Positions 37,001 to 50,900 of a stretch of 64,000 nt of DNA are shown one piece after another. The notes beneath the pieces were generated by a model. That model was given only the letters and a program-made list of their open reading frames with translations, searched no databases and was not told the DNA's origin. Numbering within the stretch: the first letter of the stretch is position 1; each line of letters begins with the position of its first letter. This stretch comes from Basidiobolus meristosporus CBS 931.73 (taxonomy: Eukaryota; Fungi; Basidiobolomycota), in the NCBI GenBank assembly GCA_002104905.1, contig MCFE01000343.1:1-64000 (forward strand), read 5' to 3'. The translations under genes and the position numbers were made by a program.

Positions 37001-38265
37001 ACACCTCCCAATTCCTTGCGGAGTATCCAAAATTACAACTTTGAGCACCATTATGCAGTTCTTTGACTTGTACTTTCACCATATGGACCCAGGTATTAGG
37101 TCTTAGCATATATTGTCATGCCCTGGTCCTGGGTATCATGTCTGATTAAATTGACCATAATCTAATATTATAATGTTTGGCACCTTGAACCAGGTCCTAC
37201 ATCTTCTGTTTCATCACCTGGACCTAGATTCCAATCTTAGCTATCATCACCTGTAACCAGTTGCTAAATACCAACTCTCAGCACCTTGACCCTGGTTCTA
37301 TATATATATCCTTGTTTGATGGAGCAATATCAAGGTTTCACTTCACAGCAGCATTTCAATTAGCAATATTCAAAGTTTCAACTTTTGTCAACTGGATTCA
37401 GGTCCAATATCTCACCTTTCATCAACTAGAGCCCAGGTCTTGAATCTTAGCTTGCAGTAGCTTGACCAGGTCTTGTATATCAGATCTCATTCAAGTGCGC
37501 AATATCCAACATACCAATTCTTGGTGTCTTGAGTCCAAGTCCTGCATCTCAACAGTCAGCCCTTTGAGCCAGATTGTAGATTTTGCCTTCACCATCTGGA
37601 CCAAGGTCCTGGATGCCTACTCTCATTTCATTGAGTAATATCTAAAGTTTCAACTTTTGGCATCTGGACCCAGGTTCTACATGTCAACTTTCAACCGATG
37701 GACCCAGGTCCTGGGCCTCAGCATGCATCACTACACACAGGTCCTGGATATCAACACTTAGTAAATTGGGCAATTTCTAGCATTGCAACTTTTTGCTCCT
37801 TGATCCCAGGTCCTATATCTCAGCTTTTATCAACCTATTCCAGGTTCTTGATCTGTGCACTCATCACCTGGGCTCAGTTCTTGGGTGTTAGCTTGCATTA
37901 TCATGCCCTGGTCCTTACTATGAAATATCATAATATTGAGCAATATTCAGCATTACATGTTTCCCAGCTAGAGACCAGGTCCTACATCCTGACTTTCATC
38001 ACCTAGAAAGATTATAGATTCTTGCCCTCATCACTTGGACTCTGGTCCTATATCTTTGCTCTCATCAACTGATTCAAGAACTTATTGACACCCCCCATTT
38101 TGTAGAGGAATATCCGAAATTTCAACTTTCAGCACCTGGACCCAGGCACTGGATCAAAACTTTCATCACTTAGACCCAGAACCTGAATCTTAGCCTGCAT
38201 AAAAATGCCCAGGTCCGCAATATAAAATATCATCAAATTGAGCAGTTTCCAACTTGCAATTTTTG

Positions 38266-38631
38266 TGTTATGATCTGCCACTTGAATGTTTAAATTATAT
38301 CAGTTCTTAGTCAAATCAATTAGTTATATGTTTAGGTTATCAGTATATCAGTATTATCTATCATATCAGCAACATCAGTCAGCAAATGAATCAGCAGATC
38401 CTTATCAGACAGAAATAGATATATTAAGTAGGACCTTATTGGGTGACAATGCAATCAAGTGCGTCAGCAGCCACATCCTACATCAGGAAACTCAATTAGT
38501 CAGCAATTGATCTGGCAAAATGTATATAAGGAGCTGCTGGAACCTGAATAAAGATCAGTTTAAGCTTTAGTAGATACAATACTGGCTAAACTCCCTATTC
38601 CTCTACAACTCTTATACCAAGACTTGTTACA
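38266..38631 (+). mobile_element. Solo LTR (family B), 366 bp, TSD TTTG
   Basis: TGTTATGA...TGTTACA termini, TATATAAG and AATAAA inside, TTTG on both flanks; homolog at 60792-61372. Confidence 0.8.
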
Positions 38632-39767
38632 TTTGATGATTTGAGCACATGTCCCACGCCCCTACTTTCATCACCTTGAACCAGGCTTTAGATGTTTGCC
38701 CTCATCACCTTGTCCAGGCCTTAGTTTTTGCCCTTATCACCTGGACCAAGGTCTTCCATGAAAGCCCTCATTTCAATGAGTAATATCCAAAATTTCAATC
38801 TTCAGCACATGGACCCATGCCATAGATCTCATCATTCATCTTTAGAAGGTGAGGGCTAGCCCTCAGCTAGCATTTCCATGGCCCAGTCCTGGATATCTAA
38901 TCTTATTAAATGGCGCAATATCCAACATTACAACATTTTGCACCTTAAACCCATGTCCTACATCTCAGTGGTCATTGCTTGATCCAGGTTATGGCTCATT
39001 GCTCTCATCAACTGGATGTAGGTTCTGGATCTTTGCCCTTATCAACCTGACCAAGGTGCTGATTGGCAACTCTCATTTCATTGAGAAATATCCAAATTTC
39101 CAACTGTCAACACTTGAAACTAAGACCTAAATCTCAACTTTCATCTCTTGGACCCAGCTCCTACGCCTTAGCTTGCATTACCACTCACAGGTTCAGGTTA
39201 TCAACACTCATTTAATTCAACAACTTTTAACATTATAACTTCTGGCACATTAAAACTATGCCCTACATGGGAAGCTTCATTACCTGGACCCAGGATCAAG
39301 ATCCCAGCTATCATCACCTACACCCAGATTGTAAGTATCAAATCTTGGTACCTTTACCCTTTTCTGGGATATCAAGCATTATTTCATTGAGTAATACCCA
39401 AATTTCATCTTTTGCCACCTAGACCCTGGTTTTAGACTTCAACCTTACTCCCTTGGCCCCTGGCCCATGATCTTAGCATGTACTACCATGCCAGGGTCCT
39501 TAATATTGACTATTATTAAGTTGAGCAGTATAAAATAGTACAAGTTATAGCACCTTGATCCCAGTCCTTACATTTCAGGTTCCATCACCTGGTCCTAGAC
39601 TCATTATCTTAGCTATTATAACCTTTACTCAGGTCCTGGATATCATATTTATCAAATTGACCCTGTTCTTGGATCTCAATCCTCTTTTCATTAAGGAATA
39701 TCAAAAATCTCAGCTTGCAGCATCTAGACCTGTGTCCTAGATCTAATCTTTTATTACATTGACCCGG

Positions 39768-40790
39768 TGTAGTGGGGTGACAGTGACACCCACTAACAGA
39801 TGTGCTCATTCCCTTATTTTCTACTTCCCTATATCCCTACTACACTCATTTTAGTTTTATCCCATTTGTCTTACCCAATCAGTACTATCCCATAAGCCGG
39901 TTGACTATCACACCTGCTTACCTTATTGCATAAGTTACCCCTCACTTTATGTAAGATTACTAGTTACAAGTGCTTCTATATTAGGCAAGTACCCGCGCCA
40001 GTACCCGTGACACATGATCAACCCGTGTCACCATCCCTACCATTTCCATACCATATATGGTATCCCCATGTTACACAGGTTTCAGAATACTGATTCCTGA
40101 TTGGTTGGATGTGCTGTGCCTCTTAGAACCTTCCGGCACCTACTTAGAACATTCTTAGGTCATTCTGATGTCATTAAGATTTCTATTGAACTCCGGAACC
40201 TTCTGGAACACCATGATTAGTAATCACTTAGCCAGTGAAGAAAAGTATATAAGGGAGGCTATCCCTCAACAATAAATCATCATCCCTTTTATCAATATAC
40301 CGACTTGTTGATTAGTGTGATCACTGCTACCTGCTGCTACCTGAACTTCCAACCCTAGACCACAGGACACTCCCAGGAAACCGCGCTGACAGCCAACTGA
40401 CCTTGGAGGCACTACTTGTGAGGAATACTCAGAGTAGGTATCTTTTATTATATTTGATTCTTTCCCAAGTTTGTTCTTGTACAGGCAAAGATACTTTTCT
40501 GTCTTTGTAACTATTGACCAAAGCTGCATTCTTATCAAGTCCCTGCTGGTGGAGTTTACAGTTGTTTTGACTTTGGAAGCTTTAGTACATTGTCATCTCA
40601 AAGGACGCTGAACCCAGCACATACTTTTGTTAAGACGCCAACTAAGTTGGGGATTGTAGCTCAATAGTTTTCCCTTGACAAGCTTGTGGCTTTATTCCCC
40701 TTCACATTAGATTAGAGACAGAACCCAAGTATTCCTAGCAAGCTTTTGCCAGAGGTTATCGCACCCAGTGAACACCCCACACACAAAACA
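39768..40790 (+). mobile_element. LTR-like insertion related to the Ty3/Gypsy LTR at 61.4-62.2 kb
   Basis: TGTAGTGGGG...CCCCACACA ends, TATA and AATAAA; 40540-40700 aligns with 62068-62225. The right boundary and TSD are uncertain. Confidence 0.65.
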
Positions 40791-43299
40791 CTTGAGAAGT
40801 GTTGGACGTATCTCTCCCTTGGACTTATACACCACCACACCGGGCCCGTGCTACTAGCTTGCATTATTTTGCCCAGCTCCTGGATATTGAATATCTTTAT
40901 ATGAGGCAATATCCAACAATACAACTGTTTCATCTTGAGCTAAGGTCCTACATCTCTGCTCTAATAGCCTTGATCCTGGTTCTAGATATCAACCCTGGTT
41001 ACCAGACCCAAGTCCTTGATCACACCCCTTGTATCCTTGAGCAATATACAGAATTTCAACTTTCAGCACTTGGACCCAGGTCCTAAATCTTGACTCTAGT
41101 CCATTGAGCCTAGGTGCTGAATCTTAGCTTGTATTTTCAAGCCCAGATCCTTAATATTAAATCTCTTAGAATTAAGCAATACCTAACATTAAAACTTCAG
41201 GAACCTTGAGCCCAGGTTCTACATCTCAGCTTTGATAACCTAGATCCAGGTTTTAGATATATGATCTGATTTTGTAGACCTGAGTCCTGGATGACACTCC
41301 TCATTCCCTTAATCAATGTCCAATATTTCAACTTTCAGCACCTGGACGCAGGTCCAACATCTAACCTTTCATCAATTGTGGCCCAAGTCTTCATATCTTA
41401 GCTTGAATTACCATGCCCAAGTACTGGATATGAACTCTGATTAAATTGAACAATATTTAACTTCACGTAGTGGCACCTTGAGCCCAGGTCATATATCTCA
41501 GCTTAAATTACCTAAATCCAGGTTCTAGATCTTGACCCTTATCACATTAACCCAAGCCCTGGATGATACCCACATTTCCTTGAGCAATATCCTACATTCT
41601 GACTTTCAGGACCTGGACTCTGGTCATTAACCTCAACTTGCATTACTATTCTTAGGACCTAGTATTGAATTCCATCAACTTGAGTCATATACAACAATAC
41701 AACTTTTGGCATCTTGAGCCTGGGTTCTATATCTTAGGTTTCATCTCCTGGACCTAGGTTCAAGATTTTAGCTACTATTGCCTATACACAGTTTCTTGAT
41801 ATCAACATTCAGCAACTTGACCCTGGTCCTAGATAACAACTCTAATATCAACAAGCAATATGCCAAATATCAACTTTCAGCTGCTGGACACAGGTCCTAG
41901 ATTGCACTTCTCAGCACCTAGAACCTGATCCTAGATCTCAACCTTAGGCACCTGGATCCAGGTCCTAGTTCTCACCATCCTGCATCTGCCCCAATTTCCT
42001 GGATCTATACTTTTAGTACATTGACTCAGGTTTTGAATCTTAGCTAGCATTATATTTCTCAGATCCTGGATATTAAATTCTACTAAATGAGGTAATATCC
42101 AACACTACAACTTTTTGTGGCTTGAGCCCAGGCCCTACATCCCGCCTTTAAAATCCTTGATCTGGTTGTCAATTTTTGTACTATCACCAGGACCCAAGTC
42201 ATAGATAACGCACCTCATGTTCTTGAGCAATATTCAAGATTTCAAAGTAGCTTGCATTCTCATACCCACATCCTAAACATCAAATTGCGTTATACTGAAC
42301 AATATCTAATATTACAAGCTTTCCAGCTTAAGAGCTGGTCCTATATCCCAACTTTCACCACCTTGAACCAGGCTCTAGTTATTTGCCCTCATCACCTGGG
42401 CCAGTTCCTTGTTCTTTGCACTCATCACCTTGACCAAGCTTCTGGATGACAATCCTAATTTTGCAGAGCAATATCCAAGAGATAAACTTTCTGCACCTGG
42501 ACCTAGGTCCTAACTCACTACCTTGAGCAATGTCCAAAACATCAACTTTCAGCACCTGGACATAGGTCCTAAATCTCAGCTTTGAGCACTTTAACACAAG
42601 TCCTGGATTTCAGGACTCATTAAATTGAGCAATATATACCATTAAACTTCTGTCATCTAGAGCCCAGGTCCTGCATCTGAAGTTTCTTCCCCTTGAACCA
42701 AGCCCTAGTACTTTGCCCTCATCACCTGGTCCAAGGTCCTGGAAAGCAACCCTCATCTTATTGAGCAATATCCAGAAGTTCAACTTGCAGCACCTGGACC
42801 CAGGTCCTAGATTTCAACTTTTAGCACTTGGACCAATGCCATGGATATCTAGTTTAGATTAATAGAGTAATATCCAACATGAAAACATTTGGTAGCTTGA
42901 GCCCAGGTTCTCAATAGCTACCCTGAGTACGTACATTAAGCTTGTGGATAACACACTTCATCACCCTGCTCAGTGTCCAATATGTAAACTTCTGGCATCT
43001 GGACCTTGGTCATAAATCTCAACTTTCAGCACTGGGATAACAATCCTGGATACCAGGACTGATTGAATTGAGCAATATCTAACAGTAAAACATCTAACAA
43101 CTAGAACCCAAATTCTGTTTCTTGACTCTCATTCCCTTGAACAAGGCCCTAGCTCTTTGCCCTCACAAACTGGTCCAGTGTCCTGTATGACATCCCTCAT
43201 TTCATTGAGCTTTATCCAAAAGCTCATCTTTCAATACCAGGACGCAGGTTCTAAATCTCAACCATCAGAACTTGCACCCAGGTCCTGGAAGTAATAATG

Positions 43300-46200
43300 G
43301 AATTAATAGATTGATATCAAACATGGAATTGGCACCTGTCTCTAGGTCCTAAATCCCAACCTTCAGAACCTGGACCCAGGTCCTAGATGTGATACTGGAA
43401 TTAACAGAGTAATATCAAACATGCAATCAGCACCTGGCTCTAGGTCCTGAGTCTCAGCCTTTATCACCTAGACCAAGGTCCTAGATGTTGTACTGGAGTT
43501 AATAAAGTAATAAACAACATGAAGTCCTCACCTGGCTCTAGGTCCTTGATCTCAGCTTTCAGCACCTGGACACAGGTCCTGGATGTCATACAGGAATAAG
43601 TATAGAATTATCAAACATAAAATTGGCACCTGGCTGCAGGTGCTAAATCTCAGCTTTAAGCACCTAAACCCAGGTCCAGGATGTCATATTGGATTAGACA
43701 GAGTATTAACAAACATGAAATCTGCACCTGGCTCCAGATCCTAATTATTAGTCCTCAGCACCTGGACCAAGGTCCTTGATGACATACTGGTATTAATAAA
43801 GTAAAAACAAACATGAAATCAACACCTGGCTCTGGGCCCTAAATCTCAGCTTCAAGCACCTGGACCCAGGTCCTGGTTATCATATTGGAACTAATAGAGT
43901 GATATTCAACTAGCAATCAACATCTGACTCTAGGTTCTAAATCTGAGCTTTAAGCACCTGGACCCAAATCCTGAATATCATACCGGCATTAATAGAGTAA
44001 TAACCAGCATGAAATCCTCACCAGGCTCTATGTCCTAAATCTCCACCTTCAGCACCAGGAACCAGGTCCTGAATGTCATACTGGAATTAATAGAGTAATA
44101 TCAGACATGCAATCAGCACCTGGCCCTAGGTCCCAAATCTTAACCTTCAGAACCTGGACCCAGGTCCTGGATGCAATACTGGAATCAACAGTGTAATATC
44201 AAACAGGCAATCAGCACCTGGCTCTAGGTCCTAAGTCTCAGCTTTCAGCACTTGGGCCCAGGTCATAGATGACATACTGGAGTTAATAGAGTAATAACAA
44301 TCATAAAGTCAGCACCTGGTTCTGAGTGCCATATCTCAGCTCAAGGCAGCTGGGCCCAGGTCCTAGATATCATACTGTAATTGATAGAGTAATATCAAAC
44401 ATGCAATCAGCACCTGGCTCTAGGTCCTAATACTCAGCTTTAAGCACCTGGACCCAGGTCCAGGATGTCATATTGGAATTAATAGAGTGATATGCAACAT
44501 TTAATCAGCTCCCAGCTCTGTTTCCTAAATCTCAGCTTCCAGCACCTGGGGCCAGGTCCTAGATGTCATACTGTAATTAATTTAGTAATATCTAAAATGA
44601 AATATGGCACCTGGCTCCAAGTCCTAAATTTGAGCTTTAAGCACCTAAACCCAGGTCCAGGATGTCATATTGGAATAAGCAGAGTAATAACAAACATGAA
44701 ATATGCACCTGGCTCCAGGTCCTAAATAATAGTCTTCAGCCCTAGACCAAGGTCCTGTATGACATATTGGAATTAATAGAGTAATAACAAACACAAAATC
44801 CACATCTAGCTCCAGGTCCTATATCTCAGCCTTCATCACCTAGACCAAGGTCTTGGATGTCATGCTAGAATCAATAGAGTAAAAACAAACATGAAATCAA
44901 CACCTGGCTCTGGGCCCTAAATCTCAGCTTTAAGCACCTGGAACCAGGTACTGGATATCATATTGGAATTAATAGAGTGATATTCAACAAGCAATCAGCA
45001 TCTGGCTCTAGGTCCTCAATCTCAGCTTTAAGCACCTTGACCCAGGTCCTGAATGCCATACTGGAATTAATAGTGTAATAACCAGCATAAAATCCTCACC
45101 TGACACTACATCCTAAATCTCCACCTTCAGCACCTGGAAGCAGGTCCTGGATGTCATACTGGAATTAATAGAATAATATCAAACATGCAATCAGCACCTG
45201 GCTCTAGGTCCCAAATCTTGACCTTCAGAACCTGGACCCAGGTCCTGGATGTAAAACTGGAATCAAAAGTGTAATATCAAACATGCAATCAACACCTGGC
45301 TCTAGGTCCTAAGTGTCAGCTTTCAGCACCTGGGCCCAGGTCATAGATGACACACTGGAGTTAATAGAGTAATAACAACCATAAAGTCAGCACCTGGTTC
45401 TGGGTCGCAAATCTCAGCTCAAGGCATCTGGGCCCAGGTCCTAGATATCATACTGTAATTGATAGAGTAATATCAAACATGCAATCAGCACCTGGCTCTA
45501 GGTCCTAATACTCAGCTTTAAGCACCTGGACCCAGGTCCAGGATGTCATATTGGAATTAATAGAGTGATGTGCAACATTTAATCAGCTCCCAGCTCTGTT
45601 TCCTAAATCTCAGCTTCCAGCACCTGGGGCCAGGTCCTAGATGTCATACTGTAATTAATTTAGTAATATCTAAAATGAAATTGGCACCTGGCTCCAAGTC
45701 CTAAATTTTAGCTTTAAGCACCTAAACCCAGGTCCAGGATGTCATATTGGAATAAGCAGAGTAATAACAAACATGAAATATGCACCTGGCTCCAGGTCCT
45801 AAATAATAGTCTTCAGCCCCTAGACCAAGGTCCTGTATGACATATTGGAATTAATAGAGTAATAACAAACACAAAATCCACATCTAGCTCCAGGTCCTAT
45901 ATCTCAGCCTTCAGCACCTAGACCAAGGTCTTGGATGTCATGCTAGAATCAATAGAGTAAAAACAAACATGAAATCAACACCTGGCTCTGGGCCCTAAAT
46001 CTCAGCTTTAAGCACCTGGAACCAGGTACTGGATATCATATTGGAATTAATAGAGTGATATTCAACAAGCAATCAGCATCTGGCTCTAGGTCCTCAATCT
46101 CAGCTTTAAGCACCTTGACCCAGGTCCTGAATGCCATACTGGAATTAATAGTGTAATAACCAACATGAAATCCTCACCTGACTCTATATCCTAAATCTCC

Positions 46201-47950
46201 ACCTTCAGCACCTGGAACCAGGTCCTGGATGTCATACTGGAATTAAAAGAATAATATCAAGCATGCAATCAGCACCTGGCTCTAGGTTTTAAATCTTGAC
46301 CTTCAGAACCTGGACCCAGGTCCTAGATGTAATACTAGAATCAACAGTGTAATATCAAACACGCAAGCAGCACCTGGCTCTAGGTCCTAAGTCTCAGCCT
46401 TTATCACCTGGACCAAGGTCCTGGATGTCATACTGGAATCAATAGAGTAATAACCAACATGAAATCCTCACCTGGCTCTAGGTCCTTGATCTATGCTTTC
46501 AGCACCTGGACCCAGGTCTTGGATGTCATATTGGAATCAATAGAGTGATATGCAACATTTAATCGGCACCTGGCTCTGGGTCCTTAAATCTCAGCTTAAG
46601 GCATCTGGGCCCAGGTCCTAGATGTCATACTGTAATTAATAGAGTAATATCAAGCATGCAATCAGCACCAGGCTCTAGGTCCTAATACACAGCTTTAAGC
46701 ACCTGGATCCAGGTCCTGGATGTCACACAGGAATAAATATAGTAATATCAAACATGAAATTGGCACCTGGCTCCAAGTCCTAATTCTTAGCCTTCAGCAC
46801 CTAGACCAAGGTCCTGGATGACATGCTGGAATTAATCAAGTATTTAACAAACATGGAATCAACACCTGGCTCTGGGCCCTATATCTCAGTTTCAAGCACC
46901 TGGACCCAGATCCTGGATATCATATCAGAACTAATAGAGTGATATTCAATAAGCAATCAGCATTGGCCTCTGGGTCCTAAATCTCAGCTTTAATCACCTG
47001 GACCCAGTACCTGGATGTCATACTGGAATAAATAGAGTAATAACCAACATGAAATCTGCACCTGGCTCTAGGTCCTAAGTCTCAGCCTTTAGCACCTGGA
47101 CCCAGGTCCTTGATGTCATATTGGAATTAATAGTGCAATATTCAACATGCAATTAGTACCTGGCTCTAGGTCCTTAATCTCAATCTTCAGCGCCTGGACC
47201 CAGGTCCTGGATGTCATATTGGAATTACTAGGGTAATATCTAACATGCAATCAGCACCTAGCTCTAAGTCATAAGTCACAGCCTACAGCACCTAAACTCA
47301 GCTTTAAGCACCTATCCCAGGTTCTGGATGTCATATTGGAATTAAGAGAGTGATAACCAATATGCAATCAGTACCAGACTCTAGGTCCTAAATCTCAGTT
47401 TTCAATACCTGGAACCAGGTCCTGGCCTTAAACATATTCACCTGAACCATGGTCCTGATTAACAATTCTTAATTAGTAGAGTAATATCAATCTGCAATCA
47501 GCACCTAGCTCTAGCCCTAAATCTCAGCCATCAGCACGTAGACTCAGATCCTTGATGTCATATTGGAATTACTAGAGTATTATCTAACAGGCAGTCAGCA
47601 TCTGGCTTTAGGCCCTAAATCTCAGCCTTCAGCACCTGGACCCGGTTCCTGGATGTAATACTAGAATTAATAAAGCAATATCAAACATGCAATCAGCACC
47701 TGGCCCCAGATCCTAAATCTTGGCCTTCAGTACGTGGACCCAGGTCCCAGTTTTCAACTTTATTCACCTGAACCTTGTTCCTGAAGAACACTTCTCAATT
47801 AATAGAGTTATATCTAACATGCAGTCAGCACCTGGCTCTAGGTCCTAAATCCCAGCCTTTATCCCCTAAACCCAGGTCCTTGATGTTGTATTGGAATTAA
47901 TAGAGTAATATCAAATTTGCAATCAACAACTGGCTCTAGTTCCTAAGTCT
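43300..47950 (-). repeat. 98-bp higher-order repeat domain with a 1,078-bp super-repeat
   Basis: Two satellite monomers plus an AT-rich third unit recur every ~98 bp; diagnostic variants recur at 44501/45579 and ~43801/44879/45957. Confidence 0.85.
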
Positions 47951-50900
47951 CAGGCTTCAGCACCTGGACCCAGGTCCTAAGTATTGGCTCTTATCCTTCA
48001 GCACCTGGATCCAGGTCCTAGATCTCACCTTTCAGCACCAGGACCCAAGTCCTAGATCTCACCTTTCAGCACCTGGACACAGGACCTGGATCTCATCCTT
48101 CCGCACCTAGACCCACATCCTGGATCTTAAGCAACAGCACCTGGACTTGGGTCTTGAATCTCAACTTTGATCACCAGGATCTTGATCATGAATGACAATC
48201 TCATTTAGTAGAGCAATATGTGACATGACAACCTCTGGCATCTGGAGACAACCTCAGGCATCTGGTGCCCAGATTCTAAACATCTTCACTTATCTCCTAC
48301 ACCTAGGTTGTGGATGAAACTCCTGATTTTTTAAGCAATGTTCAAAAAGTCCATCATCAGCACCTGGACCCAGGTCCTCTATCTCATATTTAAGTACTTG
48401 GACAAAGGTCTGGGTTACCAAGACCCACTTTGTAGATTTCAACCTTCAGCACCAGGATCCAGGTCCTATATCTCAGCTTTTAGTACCTGGACCCACATCA
48501 TGTATCTTATCCTTGAGCACCTTGACCCAGGTCTTAGATCACTTCCTTCAACACCTGGACCCATGACCTAGATCCCAACTTTGAGCACCTGGACTAAGGT
48601 GCTAGGTCTTATCATTCAACACCAGGTCCCAAACCATGGCTCTTATCCTTCAGCCCCTGCACTCACATCATGGATCTTTTCCTTCAGCACCTTGACCCAG
48701 GGCCTAGGTCTCATCCTTCAGCACCTAGTCCCAGGTCACATCTGTTATCCTTCAGCACATGGACCTAGGTCCTTGATCTCAACTTTCAGCACTTGGACCC
48801 AGATCCTAGGTCTCATCCTTCAGCACCTGGTCCCAAGCCATGGCTCTTATCCTTCAGCACCTGGACCCATGCCCTAGATCTCATATATAAGCACTTGAAC
48901 AAAGGTCCTGGTTACCAAGACCCAGGTTGTAGATCTCAACCTTCAGCACCTGGACCCAGGTCCTAGATCTCAACTTTAAGCACCTGGACCTAGATCCTAG
49001 GTCCCATCCTTCAGCACTTGGACCTAGATCCTAATTCTCATCCTTCAGCACTTGGACCTAGGTCCTGGGTCTCATCCTTCAGCACCTGGACCTAGGTTGT
49101 TGATCTCAACCTTGAGCACCTGGATCCAGGTCCTAGATCTCAACTTTAAGCACCTGGACCTAGGTCCTAGGTCTCATCCTTCAGCACCTGGACCTAGGTT
49201 GTAGATCTCAACCTTCAGCACCTGGATTCAGGTCCTAGATCTCAACTTTTAGTACCTGGACCCACATCATGGATCTTATCCTTGAGCACCTTGACCCAGG
49301 TCTTAGATCACTTCCTTCAACACCTGGACCCATGACCTAGATCCCAACTTTGAGCACCTGGTCCAAGGTGCTAGGTCTAATCATTCAGCACCAGGTCCCA
49401 AGTCATGGCTCTTATCCTTCAGCACCTGGACCTAGGTCTAAGATCTGAAGCTTCAGCACCTGGGCTCACATCATGGATCTTTTCCTTCAGCACCTTGGCC
49501 TAGGTCCTAGGTCTCATCCTTCAGCACCTGGTCCCAGGTCACATCTGTTATCCCTCAGCACCTGGACCTAGGTCCTTGATCTCAACTTTCAGCACTTGGA
49601 CCCAGATCCTAGGTCTCATCCTTCAGCACCTGGTCCCAAGCCATGGCTCTTATCCTTCAGCACCTGGACCCATGCCCTAGATCTCATATATAAGCACTTG
49701 AATAAAGGTCCTGGTTACCAAGACCCAGGTTGTAGATCTCAACCTTCAGCACCTGGACCCAGGTCCTAGATCTCAACTTTAAGCACCTGGACCTAGATCC
49801 TAGGTCCCATCCTTCAGCACTTGGACCTAGATCCTAATTCTCATCCTTCAGCACTTGGACCTAGGTCCTGGGTCTCATCCTTCAGCACCTGGACCTAGGT
49901 TTTTGATCTCAACCTTGAGCACCTGGATCCAGGTCCTGGATCACCACTTTCAGCACCTGGACCCAGGTCATAGGTCTTATCCTTCAGCACCTGGTCCCAG
50001 GTCATTGCTCTTATCCTTCAACACCTGGACCTAGGTCCAAGATCTCAAGCGGCATCACCTGCTCCCAGGTCATTATTCTTATTGTTCAGCACCTATGCCC
50101 AGGACCTGGATCTCATCCTTTAGCACCTGGATCCAGGTCATGGATCTCCACTTTCAGCACCTGGAACCAGGCCATGGATCTTCACTTTCAGCACCTGGAC
50201 CCAGATCCTATGTCTTATCCTTCAGCACCTGGTCCCAGGTCATTGCCCTTATCCTTCAACACCTGGACCTAGGTCCAAGATCTCAAGTTGCAGCACCTGG
50301 ACCTATGTCATGGATCTCATTCTTCAGCACCTGGCCCCAGGTCATTATTCTTATTGTTCAGCACCTGTGGCCAGGACCTAGATCTCATCCTTCAGCACCT
50401 GGATCCAGGTCATGGACCTTGTCCTTCATCACCTGCACCCAGGTCCTATATCTCAAATTTCAGCACCTGGGCCCAGGTCCTAGATCTCATTCTTCAGCTT
50501 AAGGTTGTAGAACTCTACTTTGAGCACCTGGATCCAGGTCCTAAATCTCAGTCTTCAGCATCTGGACACAGGTCCTATATATCATCCTTCATCATGGCTC
50601 TTATCCTTCATCACCTGGACCCAGGTCTTAGATCTCAACTTTCAGCACCTGGACACAGGTCCTAGATCTCTTCCTTCAGCACCTGGACATAGGTCCTAGA
50701 TCTCATCCTTCAGCACCTGGATACAGGTCCTAGATCTTATCCTTCAGCACCTGGATCCAGATTATGGCTTTTGTTCTTCAGCACCTGGGCCCAGATCCTA
50801 GATCTCAAGCTTCAGCACCTGGACCCAGGTTGTTGATCTCAACCTTCAGCACCTGGACACAGGTTGTTGATCTCAACCTTCAGCACCTGTACACAAGTTT

